From the NCBI GenBank assembly GCA_041480845.1, contig JBGPAU010000002.1:1-57953 (forward strand): a stretch of DNA of 57,953 bases. The letters run 5' to 3'. This document shows, piece after piece, positions 17,527 to 26,496 of the stretch; within the stretch, counting starts at the first letter, position 1; every line of letters starts with the position of its first letter. A model generated the notes under the pieces. It ran no database searches. It was given only the letters and a program-made list of their open reading frames with translations, and was not told the DNA's origin. Source of the DNA: Patescibacteria group bacterium. Its GTDB lineage: Bacteria > Patescibacteriota > Microgenomatia > UBA8517. The position numbers and the translations under genes were made by a program.

Positions 17527-19244
17527 AACTTCATTAGTTTCAAGCTTTGCTTATTTCGTTTTAATTTTAGTGATAAATAAATAATAACCCCAAAGTTTAC
17601 CAATGTGATAATATTTCCGATTCTTCTAACAAGTGTGTCTGTTAATCTTGCTTCAACTACGTGATAACCTACCGGTAAATTAAAGGTGATTAGGCCTAAA
17701 CAATATCTTTCACCACTACAGTCGTTATTAACGTGAGGGATAATTTTCCCATCAACCTTTACCTCCATTCCCGGAAAATCAAAAAGAGGAAGGCGGACCC
17801 GAGAATCATTTGAGACCTCAACTATACCGGTTTGAAAATCACTTGCTTTTTTGTATTCTAAAAACTTTACGTTCCCCTTTAAAACTTCAGGTAAATCGGG
17901 TGCTTTCGAGTAAGGTGGAAGTTCTGCATAGATCGGCAGGTAATCAAAAATGCTAATCGTAAGCTGTTTTTCCCAGGAAGTACCCGAAAATTTATCCGTA
18001 TCCGTAATATTTAACCACGCCTTGGGAACAAAATAATTGATGGTCAATGCAAAAGAAGCTAATACTAGAACTATTCCCAATATATACTTGTACTTTCCGG
18101 CAACATAAACCAAAAGCCCGGTCAATAAACAAAGTAAAAATATCGAAACCGCCAAAAATCTCCAGGGAAATTGCATGTACCACAAAAGCGGAATCCTAGC
18201 CCAAATAAAACTCGACTTCATATGAATCATGAAGATACTGGCAAGAGTTACCCCGACCAAACCCAAAATCAAAAGTGAGTTCGTCCTATGCTTCTTAAAT
18301 CCGAGGAATGCAACGGCCGGTGCAATTACTAGACCGGCAACCCATTGGACAATCCCGAGTGATAAATTGAGTTTTTCATTAGGGAATCCCGAAGATCCAT
18401 ATCCCCACTCCCTCGAAATAAAAAGTTTGAATAAACTCACGAAATGCTGACGATAATCAAAATATCCGGATAATAAACCCTCAGTATGAGTAAACTGCCT
18501 CTCGAAAAGAACCGGTAGTACAAAAAAAGCCGAAAGCCCAAATCCTAAAATTCCTCCCCAGATAATTCTCGTAAGGTTCTTCCACTTATTTTGAAATAAC
18601 CAGAAAATCGCCCAAAGGACCGCGACCGGCACAAAAATCATGGTCATTAGTACGTGCGTTGTCATCAGCAGGAAAATAGAAATACACATCCAAATCAAAT
18701 ATTTTGTTTTCCCGGTCTTAACTAGTTTGTAAATTGCCCAAAGGACCAAAGGAAAGAAAATTTGCGCCCAAAACTCACTAAGAGCACCCCGCACATAAAC
18801 TTCCACCGCCTTATATGGAATATATGTGTAAATAATTGCTGCGATTACGCCTGCCCATTTGTCCTTCGATATACTTTTGACAAGAATATATAAAGTTACC
18901 GCCGAAAAAATATAACCTAAAATAAAGAGAATTTTAACCGAATCAATATACTGAAATCCGATCCTGTGAAGCGCTGCTCCCAAATAATACGGCAGCGGCG
19001 GGTAATAATTAAACTGTGGGTAACCATATTGATACCCCGCATCAGGCACCCACCTGCAGGGAATTTGTAAATCGGTATAGCATTTATCCATCTCATAAAC
19101 TCTAAAGGCCTGCAAATCGTCCTGCATCGGAAAAAAACCGGATCTAAGTAGTTTTGAACAAGTCGGAAGTATCAATAGTATTAAGACAAGAATAGGCACT
19201 AACTGCTTCCACCAATTGCCAGGTTTAGATGTTATTTTAAGCAT
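17523..19244 (-). CDS. PTPS-related/COG5617-like polytopic membrane protein (putative GT-C), paralog B3
   Basis: 573 aa. Contains MQDDLQAFRVYEMDKCYTDLQIPCRWVPDAGYQYGYPQFNYYPPLPYYLGA, MQFPWRFL and FDFPGM. Confidence 0.7.
   Translation of the reverse strand: MLKITSKPGNWWKQLVPILVLILLILPTCSKLLRSGFFPMQDDLQAFRVYEMDKCYTDLQIPCRWVPDAGYQYGYPQFNYYPPLPYYLGAALHRIGFQYIDSVKILFILGYIFSAVTLYILVKSISKDKWAGVIAAIIYTYIPYKAVEVYVRGALSEFWAQIFFPLVLWAIYKLVKTGKTKYLIWMCISIFLLMTTHVLMTMIFVPVAVLWAIFWLFQNKWKNLTRIIWGGILGFGLSAFFVLPVLFERQFTHTEGLLSGYFDYRQHFVSLFKLFISREWGYGSSGFPNEKLNLSLGIVQWVAGLVIAPAVAFLGFKKHRTNSLLILGLVGVTLASIFMIHMKSSFIWARIPLLWYMQFPWRFLAVSIFLLCLLTGLLVYVAGKYKYILGIVLVLASFALTINYFVPKAWLNITDTDKFSGTSWEKQLTISIFDYLPIYAELPPYSKAPDLPEVLKGNVKFLEYKKASDFQTGIVEVSNDSRVRLPLFDFPGMEVKVDGKIIPHVNNDCSGERYCLGLITFNLPVGYHVVEARLTDTLVRRIGNIITLVNFGVIIYLSLKLKRNKQSLKLMKL
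17541..17569 (-). promoter_or_regulatory. -10-like TAAAAT (17564-17569) followed 10 nt later by TAAGCAAAGCTTG (17541-17553), upstream of the ATG at 17526
   Basis: Same geometry as the 28.1-kb and 41.3-kb loci. It lies within the last codons of 17523-19244. Confidence 0.35.
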
Positions 19245-19252
19245 GATCGTAT

Positions 19253-20149
19253 TTAAAACCTTGAAAATAGTGTTTCATCAGAAATCTTAGCTTCCTTTAT
19301 CTCCTTATGCCTTGCTTTAATAAGTACACCAAGTCTCCTTACGGCCATCAACACTACCCTTACATATCCCGGGTGCTTAGCCAGCCTTTTTAAAAGACCG
19401 GCAATATGTTTTCTAAAAAGGTTTGCGCTTGTAAGGTTTTTCCATATAAATAGAAGCTGATTTCGTTCCAATATTCTCTGAACATATTTTTTTGGAAGAC
19501 GGTTAATGGTGGCTTCATGTATATGTTTAACTTTTGCATCAGGATCCCAAGCAAGCCTGTAACCCCTTTTGAGCGCCCTGTAACATAAATCAACATCCTC
19601 CCAATAAAAAGGCGACAGAAGTCTTTCGTCCATTCCCCCTAGCTTCATCCAAACGTTCCTTCTAAAAACTCCACTGCCGCCGCTGACCCAAAAAGTATCA
19701 TGCGAAGTCAACGATTTCTGCCCAGAAACATGCCCAATAAAACCATCAACAAAGGATCCGCGAGTCCAACCGAAATCCCCCACCTCATTTAGAGAAACTG
19801 CAAAAACTTTAGGGTTAAGAAAATGGGGAAAAACAGATTCCAAAAAGTTATTTTCCGGTACAACATCCGAGTTAAGAAGACATAATAAATCCCCCTTTGC
19901 GGTTCTCACACCTGTATTTACCGCCACAGAAAAACCTCTGTTTTTACTGTGTTTTATTAATTTTACATGGGGAAACATAGATGTAATTAGTTTCACACTT
20001 CCGTCACGGGACCCATCATCTACCACGATAATTTCACCTATTTGATTTCTTGTGTTCTGTTCGGCCTTTAAAAGAAACGGTAAATTTTTTTCCAAAAGAT
20101 GCTCACCATTAAAATTCGGAATAACCACCGACACCGTAAAATTATTCAT
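19253..20149 (-). CDS. GT2 glycosyltransferase
   Basis: Contains VSVVIPNFNGE...IIVVDDGSRDGS and a later WEDVDLCYR motif. The ATG at 20149 (MNNFTVSV...) is preferred over 20179 and overlaps the upstream stop by 8 nt. Confidence 0.85.
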   Translation of the reverse strand: MNNFTVSVVIPNFNGEHLLEKNLPFLLKAEQNTRNQIGEIIVVDDGSRDGSVKLITSMFPHVKLIKHSKNRGFSVAVNTGVRTAKGDLLCLLNSDVVPENNFLESVFPHFLNPKVFAVSLNEVGDFGWTRGSFVDGFIGHVSGQKSLTSHDTFWVSGGSGVFRRNVWMKLGGMDERLLSPFYWEDVDLCYRALKRGYRLAWDPDAKVKHIHEATINRLPKKYVQRILERNQLLFIWKNLTSANLFRKHIAGLLKRLAKHPGYVRVVLMAVRRLGVLIKARHKEIKEAKISDETLFSRF

Positions 20150-20864
20150 TTTTAACTTTAACAAGATGCAACATCCCAAAGAGAAATTTTTTATCCGTAA
20201 GTATTTTAAAGCCGGCTTTCTTTGAAATTCTTGTTAAGAAATTACCTCTATAAGTTTGAATATGGGTTTCTTTCCAAACATTGCCCCGTGGATAAAAATT
20301 AAGCCAAAAAAACCAGATCGTGCGGAATAGAAAGCTGTCCGACGGAACCAAAAAAATGGCATATCCGTTCTTTTTTAAAACCCTTTTTACCTCATTCAAT
20401 ACTTTAGCCGGATCAAAAACATGTTCCAAAACCTCAAGAGCAAATGCAGCATCAAAAGTTTCTGATTTGAACGGAAGCTTCTCTGCGTCTGCAACTATAA
20501 ATTTCATTTTGCCTGTTTTTCCCCAATGATCATTTCCCCAATTTACAGTTTTTTTAACCACATCTATGCCAACCAATTTCTCGGCACCCGATTTGTCAAG
20601 GATAACTTTTGAAAAGGTTCCATCATTACACCCTATGTCCAAAATTTTACCTCCCACAGGTTCTACCAATGCAGATACCTCTTCAAATCTCCTTTTATGC
20701 CAAAAGCGTTGAAAAATATCCACCTGGATCGACTCAAAATACCAGTTTTTGGGGACATTTTTGTGCAACTCCTCGGCAATCACCTGGCTTTTAGAACTTT
20801 CTTTTGCTTTCATAAAATGTGGCAGACTTTTTTCCGATAATCTTGTACTTTCATTATTTTGCAT
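20142..20864 (-). CDS. Class I SAM-dependent methyltransferase
   Basis: 240 aa. Has the GKILDIGCNDGTFS glycine-rich SAM motif and ALEVLEHVFDP. Confidence 0.8.
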   Translation of the reverse strand: MQNNESTRLSEKSLPHFMKAKESSKSQVIAEELHKNVPKNWYFESIQVDIFQRFWHKRRFEEVSALVEPVGGKILDIGCNDGTFSKVILDKSGAEKLVGIDVVKKTVNWGNDHWGKTGKMKFIVADAEKLPFKSETFDAAFALEVLEHVFDPAKVLNEVKRVLKKNGYAIFLVPSDSFLFRTIWFFWLNFYPRGNVWKETHIQTYRGNFLTRISKKAGFKILTDKKFLFGMLHLVKVKNE

Positions 20865-22410
20865 CTTTCGTTATTCTTTCCTGAACAATTATTTGTCCGA
20901 ACGATTTTTGTTCTACCAAGTTTGATATTGAATCCTGATCGCCTTTAGCATAAGTTATCCATATATCCGGAATTCCCGATATTGGTTCCTCGATAAAAAA
21001 GTGTTCTTTAAGTCCCTCTGGTGCAGATAGAAGATTATTGCCCAGTTGGCCTACCTGGTCATTCCCCACCCAATAAGGAAGGTAACCATATTTTTCAAAT
21101 CCATACCAATTGTACAAATATGACCAAAGAGTATTTATAAATAAGGGAGCCGTTAACGTACTGATACTGAAAGGTTTTAGCCCGGATTTCTGATAAGTAT
21201 AATCAATTACTTTAAGTTCCGTAGACAAAAGATAATCATTTGTAAAATAATCCGGATGTGTACCTTCATTCTGTTTTACAAACTTCAATAAATTGATTAA
21301 CAAAATAATCAATAAGACGGAAAATAGCAGGGTTTTATTTTGCCCAAACGATTCCCATAGGAATATTGCTAAAAAGACTGTAATGGCGGGTATTACACCA
21401 ATCATAATGTAGGGCGTGATCGATCCCCCGAATGGAGAGGCTATTATACTGGCGGGTATATAAGTAATCAAAAAGGCCTTCCAATTTAGAAGATCCTTAC
21501 TTTTGTCGACAGTCTTTTTAACAAGGGAGTAAACTATCATTCCAAAGCCCAGAAGACTGCCGAAAGAAATATTGAAAGGATAAATTGTGCTTGCAAGTCT
21601 TTCTCCTATTTGATTTATAAAAGTTACCAGAAAGTCACTAAATTGTTTACCCTGGATAGCTGTATCTTGGCCGGAAAACAAATAATAGAGACCCTTCAGT
21701 CCGGGAAAAGAAAACTTAACCTCAGAAATAATCATTGTCGAAATTGCTATAACAAAAGACAAAATAAATACAAATACTTCCCTTCGTACGATTTTCTTTC
21801 TGTTGACAAGGAGCCAGAGCAGAATGGGAACAATATAAAAATAAAAGGCTATCTCGCTTTGCACCGCCAGGCCAAATGCCAAACCCGTCACAAGTGGTGC
21901 ATATTTAGATAACTTTTTAACCCATAGGAGAAGACCAATATATATCACGGGGACAAATATAATGCCCAATGAAACGTTTGAAATGAAATCTGAAAATTGA
22001 ATCGCATCAAATGAAAAGGCAAAAATAAGTGCAGAAATAATCGCAGGTGTATTCTTATTAGTCAAGAGACGTGTAAGGTAAAAAACGGCAAACACCCCCA
22101 GAGCATTGACAAAGGCTATCCAGTAAGCAACTGCCAGAGGGTCTCCGTGCCCCAAAAAATATGCGGGAGCCACAACATAATAATATAAAATTCCATGAAA
22201 AAGCCCAGGGGCTCCGCTTGTGGGTGGACCAAGAATTTTCAAGTGACCCTCAAGAATCTGCTGTACTGTAAATGCGTCTCTGGCTTGATCATAAATAAAA
22301 TTTATATTTCTATTTGGCAGGTACCACCATCGCAGAATAACTGCTACTGCAAAAATAGAAATTAAAAGATATTTATAATATTTTTGTAATATTTTTTCCA
22401 AATTCATCAT
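20854..22410 (-). CDS. Polytopic membrane protein, ArnT/GT39-like GT-C, group D (DQxRD motif)
   Basis: Contains IYDQARDAFTVQQILEGHLKILGPPTSGAPGLFHGILYYYVVAP, which aligns with 28860-30350 and 31314-32828. The start is probably the ATG at 22410 or 22407 rather than 22449. Confidence 0.7.
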   Translation of the reverse strand: MMNLEKILQKYYKYLLISIFAVAVILRWWYLPNRNINFIYDQARDAFTVQQILEGHLKILGPPTSGAPGLFHGILYYYVVAPAYFLGHGDPLAVAYWIAFVNALGVFAVFYLTRLLTNKNTPAIISALIFAFSFDAIQFSDFISNVSLGIIFVPVIYIGLLLWVKKLSKYAPLVTGLAFGLAVQSEIAFYFYIVPILLWLLVNRKKIVRREVFVFILSFVIAISTMIISEVKFSFPGLKGLYYLFSGQDTAIQGKQFSDFLVTFINQIGERLASTIYPFNISFGSLLGFGMIVYSLVKKTVDKSKDLLNWKAFLITYIPASIIASPFGGSITPYIMIGVIPAITVFLAIFLWESFGQNKTLLFSVLLIILLINLLKFVKQNEGTHPDYFTNDYLLSTELKVIDYTYQKSGLKPFSISTLTAPLFINTLWSYLYNWYGFEKYGYLPYWVGNDQVGQLGNNLLSAPEGLKEHFFIEEPISGIPDIWITYAKGDQDSISNLVEQKSFGQIIVQERITKDAK

Positions 22411-23389
22411 ATGAATAGTGTTCACTGGAGGAAACCGCACTCTTCGCAAACTTCACTTTACTATTTAATACATCGTTTGTTTTTTTAATCAGTTCATGGA
22501 CGTTGTGCCATAAATATCCATTCACACCATCCGTAATAATTTCTTTATGACCGCCGGCTTCATAGATAAGAGGTACAGCGCCCCCCGCCATTGCCTCAAC
22601 AACAGTTATTCCAAAGTGTTCTACTTTTTCCGGGTTTTTATTTTCATCCACCCCATATCCGGAAGCACTCCAGAAAATTTTAGCTTTTCCATATAAATCT
22701 TTCAGGGTTTTATAATCAGGGCTTTCAATAATTTCTATCGGGTAGTTTGTCGCCATTTTCCTTAGTTTGTCAAGATAATCCCCGACACCAATTTCAACAC
22801 CCCCCGCCAATACCAACCTCCAATCCTTAAGTTCATTGTCGTATATCTTCTTAAAAGCTTCGATTAGAATACCTTGCCCCTTATTTTGCAATATTTGAGA
22901 AAATCTACCGACAAATAAAATCAAGTTTTCTTTTCTTTTGGGTTTGATACCCAGAGTGTCAACCGGCGGATAAATTACCACACTTTCAACTCCATATTCT
23001 TTATCTATAATTCTTTTTGTAAAAAAAGAATTGCATACGATTTTGTTAATTCTGAAGAGCTTCATTCTATTTAACAAGCTTTTGCCTCCAACATCGCGGA
23101 AGGGTACTTGAAAGTGAAGGGCATTATTTCTCGCGCGAAGAAGCGGGATGCTCCCGTCCGAAACCCAAAAACAAAGATCGTAGTTATCTCCTCTTTTGAT
23201 GTCTTTTACGACATTGATTCCGTCCATGTTAATTCCAAATCGATTTTCGAGGATATCTTTTATCCCCACATCTTTCCACTGTAAATCAACCACATATCCG
23301 TTTTTCGCAAGAACTTTTGCAAAAACACTGGTATAGCGTTCTCCCCCTCCCAAAGTATCTAAATATGGATTATAAATGGCTGCCCGCAT
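22373..23389 (-). CDS. GT4 glycosyltransferase (GT-B)
   Basis: 338 aa. N-terminus is NPYLDTLGGGERYT. The C-terminal half has EHFGITVVEAMAGGAVPLIYEAGGHKEII (the EX7E region of Glycos_transf_1). Confidence 0.85.
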   Translation of the reverse strand: MRAAIYNPYLDTLGGGERYTSVFAKVLAKNGYVVDLQWKDVGIKDILENRFGINMDGINVVKDIKRGDNYDLCFWVSDGSIPLLRARNNALHFQVPFRDVGGKSLLNRMKLFRINKIVCNSFFTKRIIDKEYGVESVVIYPPVDTLGIKPKRKENLILFVGRFSQILQNKGQGILIEAFKKIYDNELKDWRLVLAGGVEIGVGDYLDKLRKMATNYPIEIIESPDYKTLKDLYGKAKIFWSASGYGVDENKNPEKVEHFGITVVEAMAGGAVPLIYEAGGHKEIITDGVNGYLWHNVHELIKKTNDVLNSKVKFAKSAVSSSEHYSYDEFGKNITKIL

Positions 23390-24095
23390 TTTTTGTTTGT
23401 AACTCCCAAAGTTTGGAATAAGTAATAAGTCTGCTAAAAGTCTGGTAAATTATTTCTATAACCCCGACGGTTCCGTCCAGAAAACCGAGTTTTACAACTC
23501 CTCTATGCCATGCTTCCCGAAACCCCGCAGTAAAAAATCTAAAAATATTCATTTTCGGATGCCCCGAATCATATAAAAGTTTGGCTTCTATTTCGGACCA
23601 CATATTTGTTTTTTCAACCATGTCAGTTAAATTCCTGTGGCTTACATGAGTTAACGGTTCTTTCAAATGGCAAATTGTACCTATGATTTCCGGCTGCTCA
23701 TGGAGTTCTCCAAACCAACCCTTCAACTTGTCCTTTTTGATAAGTCTGACTACAAAATCCGGCCGCCACCCGCCCCAACGCATTTCATGACCCAAAAATA
23801 TATTTCTTCTGGGAATTGCGTAAGCAGCAAATTCGCCTGACGGTATGACCTTCAGAATCATCTCTTTTAGTTCCAGTGTAACCACCTCGTCAGCATCGAC
23901 ATAAAATAGCCAATCACCCTTGGCTCTTTTGGCTCCTAAGTTGCGCCAATCGGCAAAACTTCCTTTCAGATCTTCTGTTTCAACTTTAATAATCTCGTCG
24001 GCCCAAGAAACGGAGTCCAAACATTTTTCCAGCAACGTTTTATCAAAACTTCCGCCTATCAAAATTATTACGGAGACCTTGGATGTGATGGTCAT
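23370..24095 (-). CDS. GT2 glycosyltransferase (KdtX/WaaE-like subgroup)
   Basis: 241 aa. Contains VSVIILIGG, FYVDADEV and RRNIFLGHEMRWGGWRPDFVVRLIKK. Confidence 0.8.
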   Translation of the reverse strand: MTITSKVSVIILIGGSFDKTLLEKCLDSVSWADEIIKVETEDLKGSFADWRNLGAKRAKGDWLFYVDADEVVTLELKEMILKVIPSGEFAAYAIPRRNIFLGHEMRWGGWRPDFVVRLIKKDKLKGWFGELHEQPEIIGTICHLKEPLTHVSHRNLTDMVEKTNMWSEIEAKLLYDSGHPKMNIFRFFTAGFREAWHRGVVKLGFLDGTVGVIEIIYQTFSRLITYSKLWELQTKNAGSHL

Positions 24096-24096
24096 A

Positions 24097-24993
24097 TCAA
24101 ATCTTAAATTTCCTCCGGATCCTGTCGCTTAAATTTCCGCTTTCTTTAAAAAGGGCGTCGGATTCCCAATAATGAAGATTTTTCCCCTCTTCCCTGATAA
24201 CAGAAATAACCTCATTCAATTTGGGGTTTTGGTCTGTAAATTTCTCTTTCTGCCAAATTTTAAGGTAAACCGTCAGTTCCGAAAAAGCCTGAAGAAGCGA
24301 AAGCGCTAAACCGTGCAGTCCGTCCTTATAACCCTCTCCAAAAAAATAGCGGCTTAAAAACTCGTTTGAGGGCTTAATTATTAAATCCTTCCAGGAAAAT
24401 TTATACCCTTCCTTGACTTTCAGGATTGCATGCTCGGTAGAATACCTGTTCATCCGCGTAAGATAATCCTCAATTGAATTGTAGTTATGGTGAATTATTG
24501 CGAATTCTTCCTTAGCCTCAATTTCCCCGCCGGTTCCCTGCGTCATCGGAACCGCATGAATCACTTCATTCCAGGAAACCGAACCCTTTTTAAATAGGCG
24601 TAGGTTGTAATCCGGCCACCAGCGCGAATGCTTCATCCAGTGACCAAAAATTATATTTTTCCGGGGAATTCTAAAATAATCTGATTTGGGGTTTTTGATA
24701 ATTTGTATTATTTTTTGTGCAAGTTTATCGGGAACTTCTTCGTCGGCATCCAAAATCATCACCCATGGGTTAACCGCTTTTGAAACGGCAAAATTTCTGG
24801 CCGGTTCTACATATCCTGCTTTTTTATGGGTAAAGGCTTTTGCACCGAGTGATCTCGCCACTTCCATGGTTTTATCCTCAGACTCCATATCGCAAACGAC
24901 AATTTCATTGGCCAAGCCTTTTACAGAAGCAATTGCCCGAGGCAGGTTTTTCTCTTCATTAAGGGTATTGATAACTACCGAGATTTTGGCCAC
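24097..24993 (-). CDS. GT2 glycosyltransferase (KdtX/WaaE-like subgroup)
   Basis: 298 aa with a GTG start. Contains ISVVINTLNEE, ILDADEEV and RKNIIFGHWMKHSRWWPDYNLRLFKKG. Confidence 0.85.
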   Translation of the reverse strand: MAKISVVINTLNEEKNLPRAIASVKGLANEIVVCDMESEDKTMEVARSLGAKAFTHKKAGYVEPARNFAVSKAVNPWVMILDADEEVPDKLAQKIIQIIKNPKSDYFRIPRKNIIFGHWMKHSRWWPDYNLRLFKKGSVSWNEVIHAVPMTQGTGGEIEAKEEFAIIHHNYNSIEDYLTRMNRYSTEHAILKVKEGYKFSWKDLIIKPSNEFLSRYFFGEGYKDGLHGLALSLLQAFSELTVYLKIWQKEKFTDQNPKLNEVISVIREEGKNLHYWESDALFKESGNLSDRIRRKFKI

Positions 24994-24998
24994 CCCCT

Positions 24999-25007
24999 AT
25001 TTTATCA
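24999..25007 (-). promoter_or_regulatory. Extended -10 box TGATAAAAT, 5 nt before the GTG at 24993
   Basis: Minus-strand match in the 21-nt gap after the flippase gene. The spacing is tight, so this is less certain. Confidence 0.3.
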
Positions 25008-25014
25008 CCTATTC

Positions 25015-26496
25015 CTACCTGTGGAGAAGTGTATTTAGGCTCCTTTTAATATCAGCCACTAAGGACAGTCCCATCATGGACAGCATCGAAGCAGCATAAA
25101 TAACTGCTCCCCCTGCAGCAAGTAGAATCATGGAGTTAATACTGACAGGCAAGAATCTTTTCGCAATGGTTAGAATTACACCCATAACGAAAGCTCCCGT
25201 CGCCGGTTTGATCATTGAATCGGTAAGAGAAAAATTTACGTACTTTTTGGCAATAAATATTGCCACCACGGACGATGCTCCGACCAGCGAATAGCCGATT
25301 GAGGCTCCGATTACACTAAACTTTAGTGCCAAAACCGGAATAAAAGCCCAGGTTAATACTGTCCACATGATCATTAAATAAAAGGTAATTTTAATTTTAC
25401 CGATGGCATTTAGGAGGTTTGTTAACTGAGTCGTGGCGGCAGCAAATATAAAGTTTATCGAAACAAAAACAATAGGAATAAGTGCCGGAATCCATTGGTT
25501 ATATCTGGGTATAACACGGACCAGGATTGGAGCTAAAACCGATATTCCGACCAAGCTTGGAAATACCAAAAGACAAATGAAAAATATCGATCTCGTCACG
25601 CTTCTTTCAAGATGATCCGGAGAATCTTGCATCCTGGAAAACGCCGGGAAAGTCACACGCGTAACGGTATCCATAAAGAATGTCAGCGGAATTCTCGCTA
25701 ACTTTTGAGCAAATGATAATATTCCTACTCCTATTGGCCCCAGTATTCCGCCCAATATAAGGGTTATTCCGTCATCCTTAAAAGTTGCCAGAAAAGTGTT
25801 GATTTGATAGGGAACCCCAAACTTAAAAAGGCCAGACAAGGTTTTTCTTGAGAAGGCAAAACCGGGAATCCAGGGCTGGAGAATATAAATTGCGGCAAGA
25901 CCTACAATACCTCTTGAAATTACCGCATATGTAAAACTCATCAGTCCGAACCCTTTCATTGCAAATACGACTAAAATGGCGTTGTAAACCAGCTGTTCCA
26001 ATATCTGGGGAAAAACCAGTTTGACAAATTCGAGTTTTCTCTCCAGGAGCACCGAGGGAATACTTTTCAGTGACGAAAAAAGCAGAGAGAGAGCCAGTGC
26101 ATACAGAAGAATTTGACCGTCATGGTTCAAAGAGTATTTTTTGGTAAAAAGGGGGGTCAGGGCGATAACAACTGCAATAATGGAAAGTACTAGCACCTGC
26201 TGAATAAGGAAGGTTGTTTTTAAGTCCGTATCCGTGGGTTTTTCCTTTTTTTGAATCAAAGCCGCAGCTAAGCCTATATCTGAAAAATAAACCAGAAAAT
26301 TTATAATCGCGCTGACAATCGCAAAAACTCCGAATTCGTATTTGCCTAAATATGCGAACAGAAAAAGCTGGGCGACAAGTGAAATCACTTGTAGAAGAAA
26401 TGTACGCCCGGTTAAAACTACTACCCCGCGAACAGAGCGCTCTTTTACAGTCTCCAGATTTATTTCAGTAGTGGGCTCTAAATGTTCATTTTCCAT
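25015..26496 (-). CDS. Oligo/polysaccharide flippase (MOP superfamily, Wzx-like)
   Basis: 493 aa with about 12-14 TM segments. The N-terminal RSVRGVVVLTGRTFLLQVISLVAQLFLFAYL is typical of the Polysacc_synt family. Confidence 0.75.
   Translation of the reverse strand: MENEHLEPTTEINLETVKERSVRGVVVLTGRTFLLQVISLVAQLFLFAYLGKYEFGVFAIVSAIINFLVYFSDIGLAAALIQKKEKPTDTDLKTTFLIQQVLVLSIIAVVIALTPLFTKKYSLNHDGQILLYALALSLLFSSLKSIPSVLLERKLEFVKLVFPQILEQLVYNAILVVFAMKGFGLMSFTYAVISRGIVGLAAIYILQPWIPGFAFSRKTLSGLFKFGVPYQINTFLATFKDDGITLILGGILGPIGVGILSFAQKLARIPLTFFMDTVTRVTFPAFSRMQDSPDHLERSVTRSIFFICLLVFPSLVGISVLAPILVRVIPRYNQWIPALIPIVFVSINFIFAAATTQLTNLLNAIGKIKITFYLMIMWTVLTWAFIPVLALKFSVIGASIGYSLVGASSVVAIFIAKKYVNFSLTDSMIKPATGAFVMGVILTIAKRFLPVSINSMILLAAGGAVIYAASMLSMMGLSLVADIKRSLNTLLHR

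Noticed and set aside
24686-25099. 137-aa plus-strand ORF. Similar antisense ORFs lie at 40853-41206, 52160-52570, 54477-54923 and 55299-55688.
   Set aside because: Each is antisense to a gene with strong family motifs (GT2, rfbD, prfB, tgt, DedA respectively) and shows no motifs of its own.
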